Assembly: GCF_006345805.1 (NCBI RefSeq)
Contig: NC_043020.1
Span: forward strand, 15,624,001-15,688,000
Direction of reading: 5' to 3'
From: Octopus sinensis
Lineage: Eukaryota
Length of the DNA stretch: 64,000 nucleotides
The notes under the pieces were generated by a model. It was not told the DNA's origin, did no database searches, and was given only the letters and a program-made list of their open reading frames with translations. This document shows positions 48,715 to 61,605 of the stretch, one piece after another. The stretch's first letter is position 1, and each line of letters opens with the position of its first letter. The position numbers were made by a program, and so were the translations under genes.

Positions 48715-49065
48715 TATCTTTTAATTGTTTCAGTCATTAGACTGCGACCAAGAAATTTTAGTCAAATGAATCAGTAGAAGTACTTTTGTTTTTAAAGCTT
48801 GGTACATATTCTATTAGTTTATTTTGCTGAACTGCTAAGTTACAGGGATGTAAACACTCTAACACTGGTTGTCAACACTGACACACACACACACACACAC
48901 ACACACACGATGGGCTTTTTGCAGTTTCTATCAACCAAATCCACTCACAAGGCTTTGATTGGCCCAGGGCTATAGTAAAAGATATTTGCTTGAGATGCCA
49001 AGCAGTGGGAGTAAACCCAAAACCATGCGGAAACTTCTTACCACATAGCCACACCTGCAGCTATG
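48715..49065 (-). mobile_element. SINE family A, diverged
   Basis: Reverse complement match. Confidence 0.75.
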
Positions 49066-49093
49066 GTAATATATATATATACCGGAGTAAAAA

Positions 49094-49131
49094 CTGTCCG
49101 ATGAACAGGAACGTGAAACTCAGAGTAACAG
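49094..49131 (+). ncRNA. Minimal hammerhead ribozyme, CCGAUGA core variant
   Basis: CUGU-CCGAUGA-AC/GU-GAAA-CUCAGAG-UA-ACAG; 4-bp stems I and III, but stem II is only 2 bp. Confidence 0.55.
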
Positions 49132-49162
49132 GTTTGTTGAATTTTCTGCTGCTTTAAATAAA

Positions 49163-49199
<37 letters not shown>

Positions 49200-49474
49200 A
49201 AATAAGAAAATGGAGGAATAGATTTCTATCAATCTTATATTGGATAAATGATATCCCATAGTGGGTTACACTCACAACCCCTATCTCACTTTGTATATAT
49301 ATATATATGTGTGTGTGTGTGTATAATAAAAGATGATCACATCCCTTATTATATGCATGTATTACAATTTTTCTGAATTTTCAGATTCTTGTATATGCTA
49401 GGCTACTGGTTTTAAATTGATGTTAATTAAATTAATATATCACCCTCATTATTTAAATCTTATCTCTCTCTTTC

Positions 49475-49531
<57 letters not shown>

Positions 49532-49550
49532 GTATATGTGTCTGTGTGTA

Positions 49551-49618
<68 letters not shown>

Positions 49619-49689
49619 TATAAACTTTCATCATCTGGCACATTATCACTGCTTCCAATGCCTCTTCCCCTCTCAAAGATTCCTTTTTT

Positions 49690-49960
49690 TGTGAGTTACT
49701 CGGTGACCCTACCAGTGCAGGTGCCACTTAAAAAGCATCCAGTGCACACTGTAAAGTGGTTGGCATTTGGAAGGGCATCCAGCTGTAAGAACCATACCGA
49801 AACTAACTTCACCTGTGCTGGTGTCACATAAAGAGCACTCAGCCCACTATGTGGAGTGGTTGCTGTATAAGAAAGGGCATCCAGCATTAAAAAGCCATAC
49901 CAAATGTCCAACCCATGCCAGCATGGAAGGAGGATGTTAAACACTGATGATGATAATGAT
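49690..49960 (+). mobile_element. RTE 3'UTR copy (family C), diverged
   Basis: GGAAGGGCATCCAGC twice, (GAT)n tail. Confidence 0.7.
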
Positions 49961-50741
49961 GATGATATCCTTTGTGCTTGTACTGTGTTTGTCCCACACT
50001 ATCACTCGACAACAACAACTGGTGCTGGTTTGTTTACATCCCTGTAGCTTAGCAAAGAAGAGACTGATAGAGATGGCAACAGGTTTTAAAAAAGACCAAA
50101 AACAACTAGTGGAGTTAATTTGTTTGGTAAAACCCTTCAATGTGGTGCCCCAGCATGGCCACAGTCTAATGGCTGAAACAAATAAAAAAAGTAAAAGATA
50201 AACGGCAAACAAAAAAAGTAATTTGCTTCCAGCATATCCTTCATTTTCTTAAGATGTCTGGAGTATGGTGAAAGCTTTGGCAGTTGTTTCTAGCATGTCA
50301 AGCAAACTATGTAAACACACGATCATTGGCTGAGTATTCCTAGTGATGCTACTGTTGCTGTTTAGTCTCAGGTCTGTCCTGATTGAGTACACTTATGATA
50401 CCAAGAATTCCAACCATGACTACCCTGTCTTTTCTCCTGTATACAGGATAGCCAAGCCCGGAGCACATTATCCAATGTGTTCTTTTTTCTGAAGACAGTT
50501 ACAGGAGAGTGGGTTTGGGATGCCAGAGAAATTTGACTGTTATTTTTAGCAGACTGAGTGACCACGTTGAATTTTCATCATAATGATGTTGAGGATGATA
50601 GTGATATCAGTATGTTAGTGGTGATGATGATGATGATGGTGAGCAAAACCATGATGAGGATGTTGCTTAGCTGCAGGTCAAACCTTAATCAAAATTCATT
50701 CCAACCATGCTCATCCCATCTTCTTCTGCCATCCAGATCTT

Positions 50742-50960
50742 TTATTTCTTTCTTGCCCACAAGGGGACAAACAAGGATAGACAAAGGGATTAAGTCGATC
50801 ACATTGACCCCAGCACGTAACTGGTACTTAATTTATCAACCCCAAAAGGATGAAAGGCAAAGTTGACATCAGTGGAATTTGAACTCAGAACATAACGGCA
50901 GATGAAATACTGCTAAGCATTTCACCAGGTGTGCTAACGTTTCTGCCACCTTGCCGCTTT
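50742..50960 (-). mobile_element. SINE family B
   Basis: Reverse complement match. Confidence 0.85.
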
Positions 50961-51622
50961 AGTGGCCATCCAGATCGTAGGATCACATTCCCCGATACAA
51001 TCTTTTTTTCATTGAAGACAGTAGGAAGGAGATTTGACCACTATTTCAAGCTGATCAACCATATACAGGCTCACTCATTGGTTCATTACAATGCCTCAAT
51101 TTTTGCTGCTGTTTAACCCAAGGTCAACCCTGATTGAGCAGACATATGATCAAACACATTCCATCCTTTACTTGAGCATAACCATCACTACATAATGTAA
51201 TATGCCACTTCCTTTTGAAGAAGATACAATGTGATTTTGAAGAAAATTTAGCTGCTATCTCTAGCAACCACCAAGATGCTCATTAGTGGGCTGTCAGTTT
51301 TCTATTAGTACGAAAAGTTAATGTAATTTTAATCTATAACTAAATCATCTGTAGTATCAGTACCACTACAATATTTACAATCGTGACTAAATATAAGTCA
51401 TTTTCTTTCAAAGCTGTCTGTGTTGTCACATAAAATTAATGATTTAGTGTTGTGTAATATATATATATATGTATATATTATGGAGATGTACTTGCATAGC
51501 AAGTGACCTGATCTGAGATCGTGTGCTGAAACAAAAACAATTGCAGTGTGGAGGAAGGTGTTTATAAGCCATTTAAAAACACACAAAAACCATTAGATTC
51601 ACTTCAACATTTAAAATTAATT

Positions 51623-51669
51623 TGCCAAAATATTTTTGTCACTTTTAGATTGCGACCTGATCACTGACA
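51623..51669 (-). ncRNA. Hammerhead-like motif, G3:C8 variant, G12 mutated
   Basis: Minus strand UGUCA-GUGAUCA-G-GUCGC/GUGAC-AAAA-AUAU-UU-UGGCA. Confidence 0.5.
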
Positions 51670-51933
51670 AAATTCTGTATATATATATACAGATCCCTGG
51701 TTGAACCATCCAACCCATGCTAGCATGGAGAACGGACGTTAAACGATGATGATGATGATGATGATGATATATATATATATATGCAAAGATAATCTGGTGC
51801 TTGACTGAGGATAGAGGGCTTCGAATGACCCGTCCTTGTTTCCTTTGTATTGTCTATCTGGATGTTTTGTTGTCACTTTTTGTATCACCTAGCTGTCCGA
51901 ATATTTTGGGTTTCTTGTCCCATTTTGCATTTT

Positions 51934-51981
<48 letters not shown>

Positions 51982-52097
51982 GTACATACATACATACATA
52001 TACACACACTATAAAAATGCCATGGAAATTACTTTGCTATGCATATATCTTCATTTTGGGGCCTCAATTATCATAGAACCACCTATGTTATAGCATA

Positions 52098-52640
52098 CAG
52101 GGTGTCTGGGTTAAATTTGACAATTTGCATAAAAGGCAAAAACACAATACCCCATACAAAAATAAGTGTTTTAAAACATCAAAAAATACCAGTTAGATTA
52201 TGGCTGCGAGATAAGAGCTGCCCTCAGCTTCCACCACAGGCTTCAAGACAACTCCAGGACCTGGCACATATGTTCCCTACTGTGCTCCTGGGAAGACCTT
52301 TGAACACCTCCTTGACCCAGCCTTAGTGTTTTTGGCAGAGCAGCCGGTGTCTTTCTCAAATGGACTCCACACATAATAATCTATGAGATTACAATTGGGA
52401 GAATTTGTAGGCCAGAAATTGGTGTTTGGTGAAGTCATAGAAATTCTCTGACAACCAACTCTGACTCTTTAGAGATATGGCAAAGAGCTGAATCCTGCTG
52501 CCTCACATATGGCCTTCCAGCTGTAACCCTCTCTAGCCATTGATTCACCACAGTCTCCTGCAGTTTCATAATAATATCTGAATTGGGCTGTAGGCCCAGT
52601 TCAAAGTTGTAGGAATGAATTCTGGCATGTGGAGACATTA
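52098..52640 (-). pseudogene. Tc1/mariner-superfamily transposase remnant (DD37D/maT-like)
   Basis: WLERVTAGRPYVRQQDSALCH, WPTNSPNCNLIDYYVW; TA|CAGGGTG terminus at 52096-52104. Confidence 0.7.
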
Positions 52641-53074
52641 GGCATATTTTAAAACCTGTCTAGATAATATTTCCAATGTATGAAACTATTAGTGACTCAT
52701 AGATATATACTGTGTGCATTAAACAATATTTATCTCTCACCAGATGGAGTACATTTTTTGTTGATCTTACCTTAACAGAAAAGTAAACTCTTTTCCTCCC
52801 TCTCTCTCTCTCTGTTTGTCTCTACAGCAAGACACCTATTTCAGCCTCTTTGTCACACTCTAACCTTTCATCATCTGACATAAGATCACCTCCTCCAATG
52901 CCCCCCCCCCACTCTTAAAGATTGCAAGTTACTTAGTGCCATGTAAAATGCATCCAGTCTGTGCTTTTGGTAGAGCATCTAACTGTAAAGACTATGCCAA
53001 AACAGATACAGAAGCTTGGTGTAGTCTCCTGCCTGACCAGCTCATGTCAAACCGTTCAATCAATGCCAGCATCG

Positions 53075-53405
53075 ATCCCAGGACTTATTCTTTGTAAGCC
53101 TAGTACTTATTCTATCAGTCTCTTTTGCTGAACCGCTAAGTTACGGGGACGTAAACACACCAGCATTGGCTGTCAAGCAATGGTGGGGGGACAAACACAG
53201 ACCCACAAACATATACACACATACATATATAAATACATATATACGACAGGCTTCTTCTAGTTTCCATCTACCAAATCCACTCACAAGGCTTTGGTCGGCC
53301 CAAGGCTATAGTAGAAGACACTTGCCCAAGGTGCCACGCAGTGGGAATGAACACAGAACCATGTGGTTGGTAAGCAAGCTACTTACCACACAGCCACTCC
53401 TGTGC
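53075..53405 (-). mobile_element. SINE family A
   Basis: Reverse complement match. Confidence 0.88.
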
Positions 53406-53524
53406 ATATATATATATACACACACACACATATAATGGAAAAATCATACAAAATGCATAAATAGATGATGAGTAAAGCACTGGCATATTTTAAGTTACCT
53501 GTTGTTATCTGTAGATTTACTAAT

Positions 53525-53564
53525 GTACCTGAAGAGAATCAGAATAAGTCGAAACGTGTTGTAT
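53525..53564 (+). ncRNA. Hammerhead motif, sibling of 45482, weak stem II
   Basis: GUAC-CUGAAGA-GA..UC-GAAA-CGUG-UU-GUAU. Confidence 0.5.
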
Positions 53565-53578
53565 TCAATAAAATCTTA

Positions 53579-53654
53579 TACACGTTCCATCTATTTTATT
53601 AATGCTATATATATATATATATATATAGTATTAATAAAATAGATGGAATGTGTA
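53579..53654. repeat. Palindrome centred on (TA)n
   Basis: TACACGTTCCATCTATTTTATTAATGC-(TA)n-GTATTAATAAAATAGATGGAATGTGTA. Confidence 0.85.
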
Positions 53655-53694
53655 TTAGATTATATGTGAGTATATATATATATATATATATATA

Positions 53695-53833
53695 CTTAGG
53701 AAGGGCATCCCGTTAGGAAGGGCATCCAGCCGTAGAAACACTGCCAGATTTGACTGGGCCTGATGAAGCCTTCTGGCTTCACAGACCCCAGTAGAACCGT
53801 CCAACCCATGCTAGCATGGAAAACGGACGCTAA

Positions 53834-53864
<31 letters not shown>

Positions 53865-53865
53865 C
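53695..53865 (+). mobile_element. RTE 3'UTR copy (family C)
   Basis: Duplicated TTAGGAAGGGCATCC at the 5' end; (GAT)n tail. Confidence 0.85.
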
Positions 53866-53966
53866 TAATATAGGATGAAGCTTTTAATATGTGGAAATTG
53901 ACGATTTAAAAGTCTGTTATCAGCATATTGGCATAGAAATAATTTTCTTTAGCCCTTATTTATAAG

Positions 53967-54021
<55 letters not shown>

Positions 54022-54389
54022 AAAGATGGAGGTAGGAATAGCACAGAAGTAAGTCTAAGAGATTTCAATCTAAGACAGAATTTGGTAAGAAAGATTTTAA
54101 AAATTATATAAAGAAAATATTATCAGTTTTGATGATGAATCTCATCTTATCAAATATTAGTAAAAATTTATCAAAATTTGAAGTAAAAAAAAGTTTATCT
54201 TCTGTGACTTAGCTAAGATGACAAATGTTCCTATTGATCCAATCAATGGAACAGCTTGCTCATGAGATTAGAGTTCAAATGTATCTCCTCTACAGTAAGA
54301 CACCTGTTTCTGTCTCTTTGTTGCACTCTAACCTTTCATCATTAGGCACAAGATCACCTCCTCCAATGCCCCCTCCGCTCTCAAAGGAT

Positions 54390-54605
54390 CTTTGTCTTGC
54401 AAGTTACTTGGTGACCCTGCCAGTGTTGGTGCCATGTAAAAAGCATCCAGTTCACATTGTAAAGTGGTTGGCATTTGGAAGGGCATCCAGCGGTAAAAAC
54501 TATGCCAAAATAGACAACAAAGCACAGTGCAATCTTCTGCTTTACCAGCTCCTGTCAAACTGTCCAACCCATGCCAGCATGGAAAGCAGACATTAAATGA
54601 TGATG
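54390..54605 (+). mobile_element. RTE 3'UTR copy (family C), diverged
   Basis: Similar to 49690-49960. Confidence 0.7.
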
Positions 54606-54707
54606 ATATATACATATAAATATATACATATATATATATACACATACATGCATACATGTATATATATATATATATTATATATATATATATATATAATATA
54701 TATATAT

Positions 54708-54762
<55 letters not shown>

Positions 54763-55639
54763 CATACATTCATACATATATATACATACATACATATACA
54801 TACATACACATATATTTATATACATGCATATATATATATATACACATACATACATATATATATCAGTTAATGCATATATACACACACACACAGACACACA
54901 TATATATATAGACATATATACATAAACGTCTGTGTATATATATATATATTTATGCATATGGAAACAGAAATATGTTCATATACATATTTATATATACTTA
55001 CATACACACACACACACTCACACATACACATACACCCATATATTTACAGAAACAAACAAATTCTAAAAACAAAGACATTAAAGTGATAAGGGTACTAATT
55101 TTCATGTTCTCTGATGTTTATGGGAAGACGGAGAAACAGCTTCAATTTTGGTAGGCGAGAAAACGGTTTTTTTCTTTTTACCCTCCTACACCACTCTGAA
55201 CCCCACAGTGGATGATTACCTAATCTAGAAAGTGTCTTTTATTATATCCGACTTTGCTTCTTCTCTTGGCAGTTGTTCCCCCCGACCCCCTACCTCCAAT
55301 CACCCTCGCCCACCCTTGACACTTCGCGATTTAGGAGACTTAAATATTATCTCGATAATATAGCGAGAAATGTATTTCTGTCAATGGTATGTTTTGTATG
55401 AATATGATTTAAACAATGTATACAAAGTAAACAAGGGAATTAATAACTACACAAACACACACACACACACATATAGAGAGAGCCATATATCCACACACAT
55501 ACACAAAAATATACACACACATGCACACAGCTATGTATATTCACATATAGTTATATGCATACACACTCATACATATAAATTAGACTCACATTAATATCCA
55601 CATACATAAATTCATATGTTCTTTCCCCGCCTCAATCTA

Positions 55640-56510
55640 TGTGTGTGCAACACACACAACACACACATACACAACAAACACACAACACACACATAGTTAT
55701 AAGTATACAGACACATACTTGAATACACTCACATATATATACACATGTACATATACACAAACCAATATATACATATATACACATATAAATACACACACAC
55801 ACACAACACACACATAGTTATAAGTATACAGATACATACATGAACACACTCACATATATGTCCACATGTACACAGAAACATGAATTATATATAATCATAT
55901 ACATATACACAAACCAATATATACATATATATACATATAAATACACACACACACAGACAACACACACACACAACACACACATAGTTATAAGTATACAGAC
56001 ACATATGTGAACACACTCACATATATATCCATATGTACATATACACAAACCAACATATACATATATACACATATAAATACACACATACACACATAGTTAT
56101 AAGTATACAGACACATATGTGAACACACTCACATATATATCCATATGTACATATACACAAACCAACATATACATATATACACATATAAATACACACATAC
56201 ACACATAGTTATAAGTATACAGATACATACATGAACACACTCACATATATGTCCACATGTACACAGAAACATGAATTATATATAATCATATACATATACA
56301 CAAACCAATATATACATATATACACATATATAAATATACAAACACACACAACACACACATAGTTATAAGTATACAGATACATACACAAACACACTCACAT
56401 ATATGACTGCATGTACACAGAAACATGAATTATATATAATCATATACATATACACAAACCAATATATACATATATACACATACATAAATATACAAACACA
56501 CACAACACAC
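55640..56510. repeat. Complex CA/TA minisatellite with 113-168 bp units
   Basis: The anchor CACATAGTTATAAGTATACAGA recurs six times; two adjacent 113-bp units are nearly identical. Confidence 0.88.
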
Positions 56511-57844
56511 ACATTATATAATATATCAAGCAGGGAACTGTCTCTTTGTAATAGGTTTATTTTTACAAGAGTGTTGATTCCAGTTATCTGGTTAAGTTAT
56601 AGCTTCACACCGTAAAGAAATTCCATCTGTCAGAACTTTGGCCGTTGCTGAGGCTGTCTGCTGTGTTGCTTTTGACTTCGGCAGAACTCTTTCATCAGTC
56701 TTTCGTGCAATCACTGCTTTACTACGAACATAACGTAGTGGATTTCGGTGAGAAGTTTCTGGCGGCAAATAGAAATTTATGGTCTTTTCGGCCGTCTTAC
56801 AATGACAAAACTTTGCTGGCTTTATTCACTGTTTCTATAAACAATCATTGCTTCTTATAAGGCTCTGTTTTATCTTCTGAAACAACAACAGCAACAACAA
56901 CAATAATAATTTTTTCTAATTACAGCATGAAGCCAGAAATTTGAGGGGTGTGGCGCAGTTGACTGCATCACCCTCAGTACTTGACAGCTACTTTATTTTA
57001 CCAAATAATCCAAATGCTTTTAGCTAGACCGAAATAATGTCTTCACCACTTGACCCTTTCTAACCTCTTCTACATCACCAAAAGCTAGAATAGAGATAAC
57101 AAGACCACCAACTAAATCTATTGTTCTCAATGATATATCTATCCTGGATAGTTATAAAAGCAACACCCTACAACTCTCACTAGCTCTAATTCTTCTCTCT
57201 TACATCATTCTATCTCTCTCTGTAATTACTACTAAACAATGAAGAGGACACAAACACAAACTTTACTTCGCATGCTTTTGGATTTATCATAACCTGCCAA
57301 CGGTTTCTAATTTTGGCACAAGGCCAGCAATTTTTAGAGAGAGGGTAATCAACTGGTAATCATTTCACCGACCCTGAGGGATGAAAGGCAAAGGCACCCT
57401 TGCCTGAATCTGAATTCAGAATGTAAAAACAGACAAAATGCAGCTAAGCTGAATGATAATGATGCTGGTGATGATGATCGTACTGAGTATATATGTCTAT
57501 TAAATATGGTAAGATGGTGTTTTCTTTCCCTTGGATTCCAGAGAAAAGCTGCCACTTTTGACAGCAATGACTGACAGTGATGTTAAGTGAACGGTGTACA
57601 GTTTTAGAGACAGTGAAACTGCTCTCAGAATACATTTTGTGTTCAAACTGTCAAAAAAAAACATAGGTTGTTCTTACCTTTTCCAATTCTTCCATATTGG
57701 TAACAGGATCTGCCATCCACTTGGATCGGGATTCCGTACCGATATCAGACACTGCTGCTGCCATAGACACCTGGGAATACAGAAAGGGATTGAGTGAGAG
57801 AGTGAAAGAGAGAGAAAGAGAGAGAAGCATAAATATTTAGACAG

Positions 57845-58360
57845 ATACATAAACTTATTTACATTCGACGGATATTTGTCCTCATCTTGTTTGTTGTTAA
57901 CATGTTTCAGCTGATATACCATACAGCCTTCATCAGGTGTTTTGGGGGAAATTTCGAATCTGGGTTCTCATTCCTAAGGTATTTTTTGATGTTATTATTA
58001 TTATTATTATATTATTATTATATTATTATTTTTATCAGGTCAATTCTTGGAATCAAACTCGGAATCTTGGGGTTAGTAGCTCGCGCTCTTAACCACTACA
58101 CCATATGCCCACAGGCATATGGCATAGTGGTTAAGAGCGTGGGCTACTAACCGCAAGATTCTGAGTTCGATTCCAAGCATTGACCTGATGATAATAATAA
58201 TAATAACATCGAAAAATACTTTACGAATGAGAACCCAGATTCGAAATTTCCCCAAGACACCTGATGAATGCTGCAGGGTATATCAGCCGAATGTAAGGAC
58301 AAATATCTGTCAAATGTAAATAATGTCAATAATATACATAATTCCTCATCTCTTAAATAT
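57845..58360. mobile_element. Family G inverted twin: two tRNA-headed elements head to head
   Basis: Centre CCATATGCC-CACA-GGCATATGG at 58101-58122; A box TGGCATAGTGG, B box AGTTCGATTCC; decayed hammerhead in each arm. Confidence 0.85.
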
Positions 58361-58404
58361 GGACCAGATACATAAACTGCTGGAAAAAATAGCACCCCAT
58401 TGGT

Positions 58405-58710
58405 TACAACATTGAGTGTTCCAGTTGATCTAATGAATGGAACGACCTGCTCATGAAATAAATGTGCGAATAGCAGAGCACTCCACAGACATGCATACCA
58501 TTAATGAGGTTGTTTGGGAGATTCAGGTTGATGCAGAATGTGACTGGGCCTTTTGAAATACATCCCCTACTCACTTTTGCCAGCTGAGTGGACTGGAGCA
58601 ATGTGAAAAGAAGAGTCTTGCTCAAGGACTCAATGTGCTGTTGAGTATTGAACTGACAACCATGTGATTGTGAGTCAAATAGTCTAAGCACTAAGCCATT
58701 TGGCTTCACC
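58405..58710 (-). mobile_element. SINE family E
   Basis: Homologous to 21665-21980. Confidence 0.65.
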
Positions 58711-58944
58711 ATTGGACAAACAGTCAATGGATTGTCCCCCACAATATCGCTTGACAACCAATGCTGGTGTGTTTACGTCCCTGTAACTTAGCGGTTCGGC
58801 AAAAGAGACTGATAGAATAAGTACTAGGCTTACAAAGAATAAGTCCTGGGGTCGATTTGCTTGACTAAAGGCGGTGCTCCAGCATGGCCACAGTCAAATG
58901 ACTGAGACAAGTAAAAGAGTATTCTTAATACTTAACATCATGTA

Positions 58945-59163
58945 ATCAGCATTTAAACCAGCCACATCTGGCCTGAATGTTCTGTATGTTTTATGTTCAA
59001 TCTGCCCAGATCTGTCCTCTCACACCTACCATACAATGCCATTCTGAATATAAACAATCACATCATTAAAATCTCGAAGCTGCAAGATAATGTATGATTA
59101 ATTCAAAACAATGTGAATATATAAGCATTGAATTTGTTAGAGAAATCTGATTGCTAAAGCGTC
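58945..59163 (+). mobile_element. TTAA-type MITE, diverged
   Basis: Homologous to 40053-40270. Confidence 0.65.
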
Positions 59164-59264
59164 AAGAACATCATATCCGGTTATGTACCTTGGGTATGTG
59201 GGTGGTACCTGGTGAATAATGTGTAAATACAGCAGATATCAAGAAAATTCTTTTTATAATAATA

Positions 59265-59306
<42 letters not shown>

Positions 59307-59338
59307 GCAATAACAATAATAATAATAATAGCAATAAC

Positions 59339-59372
<34 letters not shown>

Positions 59373-59779
59373 GCAATAATAATAATAATAATAACAACAA
59401 CAATGTTTACAAATTTTGGCAGAGGGCCAGTAGTTTTTGAGGGAAGATAACAGATAAAGATAATGATGATGATGATGATGCCAGTAGTGGTGGTGGTGGT
59501 GATGATGATAATGATGTGTGTGTGTGTGTGTGTGTGCATGTGTAAACCAAGGCGTCAAGCAAAAGTTATATTGAATTATGATTTTCTTTTTTTAGGTCAA
59601 AGGTGGACTTAGCCAAGCAATAATGGCTGGCATGAATGTGAAATTTAATATTCTATTGAAAAAAATAAAACGAACTTGTTACAACTGGATTCTGCCTCCT
59701 ACAGATAAGCATGCTATCTGTAAAAAGAAAGAGTGGAACCTATTGTGAATCAGGCAAACTGAGGCAAGAATTATACTCT

Positions 59780-60197
59780 CTATTACTCTTTACTCTTTTA
59801 CTTGTTTCAGTCATTTGACTGTGGCCATGCTGGAGCACCTCCTTTAGTCAAGCAAATCAACTCCAGGACTTATTCTTTGTAAGCCTAATACTTATTCTAT
59901 TGTCTCTTTTGCTGAACCACTAAGTTATGGGGACGTAGACACACCACCATCAGCTGTCAAGCAATGTTGGGGGGACAAACACAGACACATAAACAAACAC
60001 ACACACACACTCATACATACATATATACATATATACGACGGGCTTCTTTCAGTTTCCGTCTTCCAAATCCACTCACAAGGCTTTGGTCAACCTGAGGCTA
60101 TAGTAGAAGACACTTGCCCAAGGTGCCACACAGTGGGACTGAACTCGGAACCATGTGGTTGGTAAGCAAGCTACTTACCACACAGCCACTTCTATGT
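59780..60197 (-). mobile_element. SINE family A, full length
   Basis: Reverse complement match. Confidence 0.9.
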
Positions 60198-60919
60198 CTG
60201 TGAATTATATTTTACCCAAGAATGTAATAACATTCGCTACAATTGTTAGAGTTTGAACTCACAGATCATGTCATTAGTAAACCAACACCTTGACAGTGTG
60301 AGCCACTGTGCTTCACTTGGTTATGGAAGAACCTCTATGTGGTCATTGAACATGCTAGAAATAGCAATTAAATTTCCCTCAAAGTTCACCACCACCACCA
60401 CTGCGACTACCTTAAAAGAAAAACACAATGTAGTCATGGAACATTGTGTCTGTGAATAAAGTGTAAGGGTCATGGTTGGACCGCTTTGATCATTGGTTTG
60501 CTTGATTATGTGTAACATGTACAACAACAACAACAACTGCAAAAATTTATTTCCTATTCAAATTTGTCCAATATTTAAATATATATATATATACATATAT
60601 GTATATATTCCTGTCTAAAATAGTTTATTATTTTCTGTTCTGTGAGTAAAATTCCAGGATAGAATTTTTCAAGTTAATTATAAAATCAATAATTATTTGG
60701 CTAAATCTAAAGTCGGTAGAAAATCTATCCAAATATATTTATATATCGGTGTAGGTATAGCAATGTGGTGAAGAAATATGCTATGTAACTATCTGGTTCT
60801 GAACACTATCTTACTGCGCAGTACCTTGGGCAAATGCCATCTACCTAATAACTTTGGGTTGACAAAAGCATCAGTCTGATAATAAAAGACTTGATGCGTG
60901 TGTATGTCTGTCCTCCTCT

Positions 60920-61545
60920 TCATCACCATTTAACTTCTGTTTTCGATGCTGGCATGAGTTGGACAGGCTTGATGGGAGCTGGCAAGCCAGAGGACTGCAC
61001 TAGGCTCCAGTCATCTGTTTTGGCAAGTTCTACAGTTAGGTGCCTTTCCTAAGACCAACCACGTTGCAGAGTGTACTGAGTGCTTTCCTATGTAATGCTG
61101 GCACAGGTACTTTTTATGGGGTGCTGGCATGGGCCCTTTTTCATGTGATGCTGGCACAGTTGCTTCTCTATGTGACTCCAGCACAGGTGCCTTTTCACGT
61201 GGTGTCAGCATGGGTGTTATGAAACGTAGCCCCAGCACGGGTGCTTATTATGAGGCACCAGCACCCATGGGGGCATCAAAGAAGATACTTGGCTACCCCA
61301 GTAGGACAAGGAAGTGGAGGGAAGGGTTATGGCCTTAAAGAAATTGCCTCTATGTGTGTATGACCATGATTTTAATCAGCTTTACATGCCTCCTCAAGCA
61401 CAGAAAATTGCCAGAAGTCTTGATCCCTTGTCATCTCCTCTGTGAGGCTCAGCCTCTGAAGATCGTTTCTCACTACCTCGTCCCACATCTTTTTGGGTCT
61501 AACCCTTCCACAATTTCCCTCTATGTGTTTAATAACAGCTTCACA
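60920..61545 (-). mobile_element. RTE-clade LINE 3' end: ORF C-terminus plus family C 3'UTR
   Basis: IEGNCGRVRPKKMWDEVVRNDLQRLSLTEEMTRDQDFW, followed by C-type repeats and tail. Confidence 0.75.
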
Positions 61546-61605
61546 TGACAGAAATTTTGTATGCACATTGGACAGGTCCCTCTCATTAGATGATGGGTGT
61601 TCCTT

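Noticed and set aside
54328-56615. Long YI/CV-rich ORFs
   Set aside because: Translations of TA/CA microsatellite and minisatellite sequence.
58114-58180. tRNA genes here and at 17025, 21665 and 47850-47926
   Set aside because: A and B boxes are present, but I see no acceptor-stem 3' strand or T-run terminator; they continue into SINE bodies.
59171-59558. Poly-I, poly-Y and poly-N ORFs
   Set aside because: Translations of the (AAT)n microsatellite.
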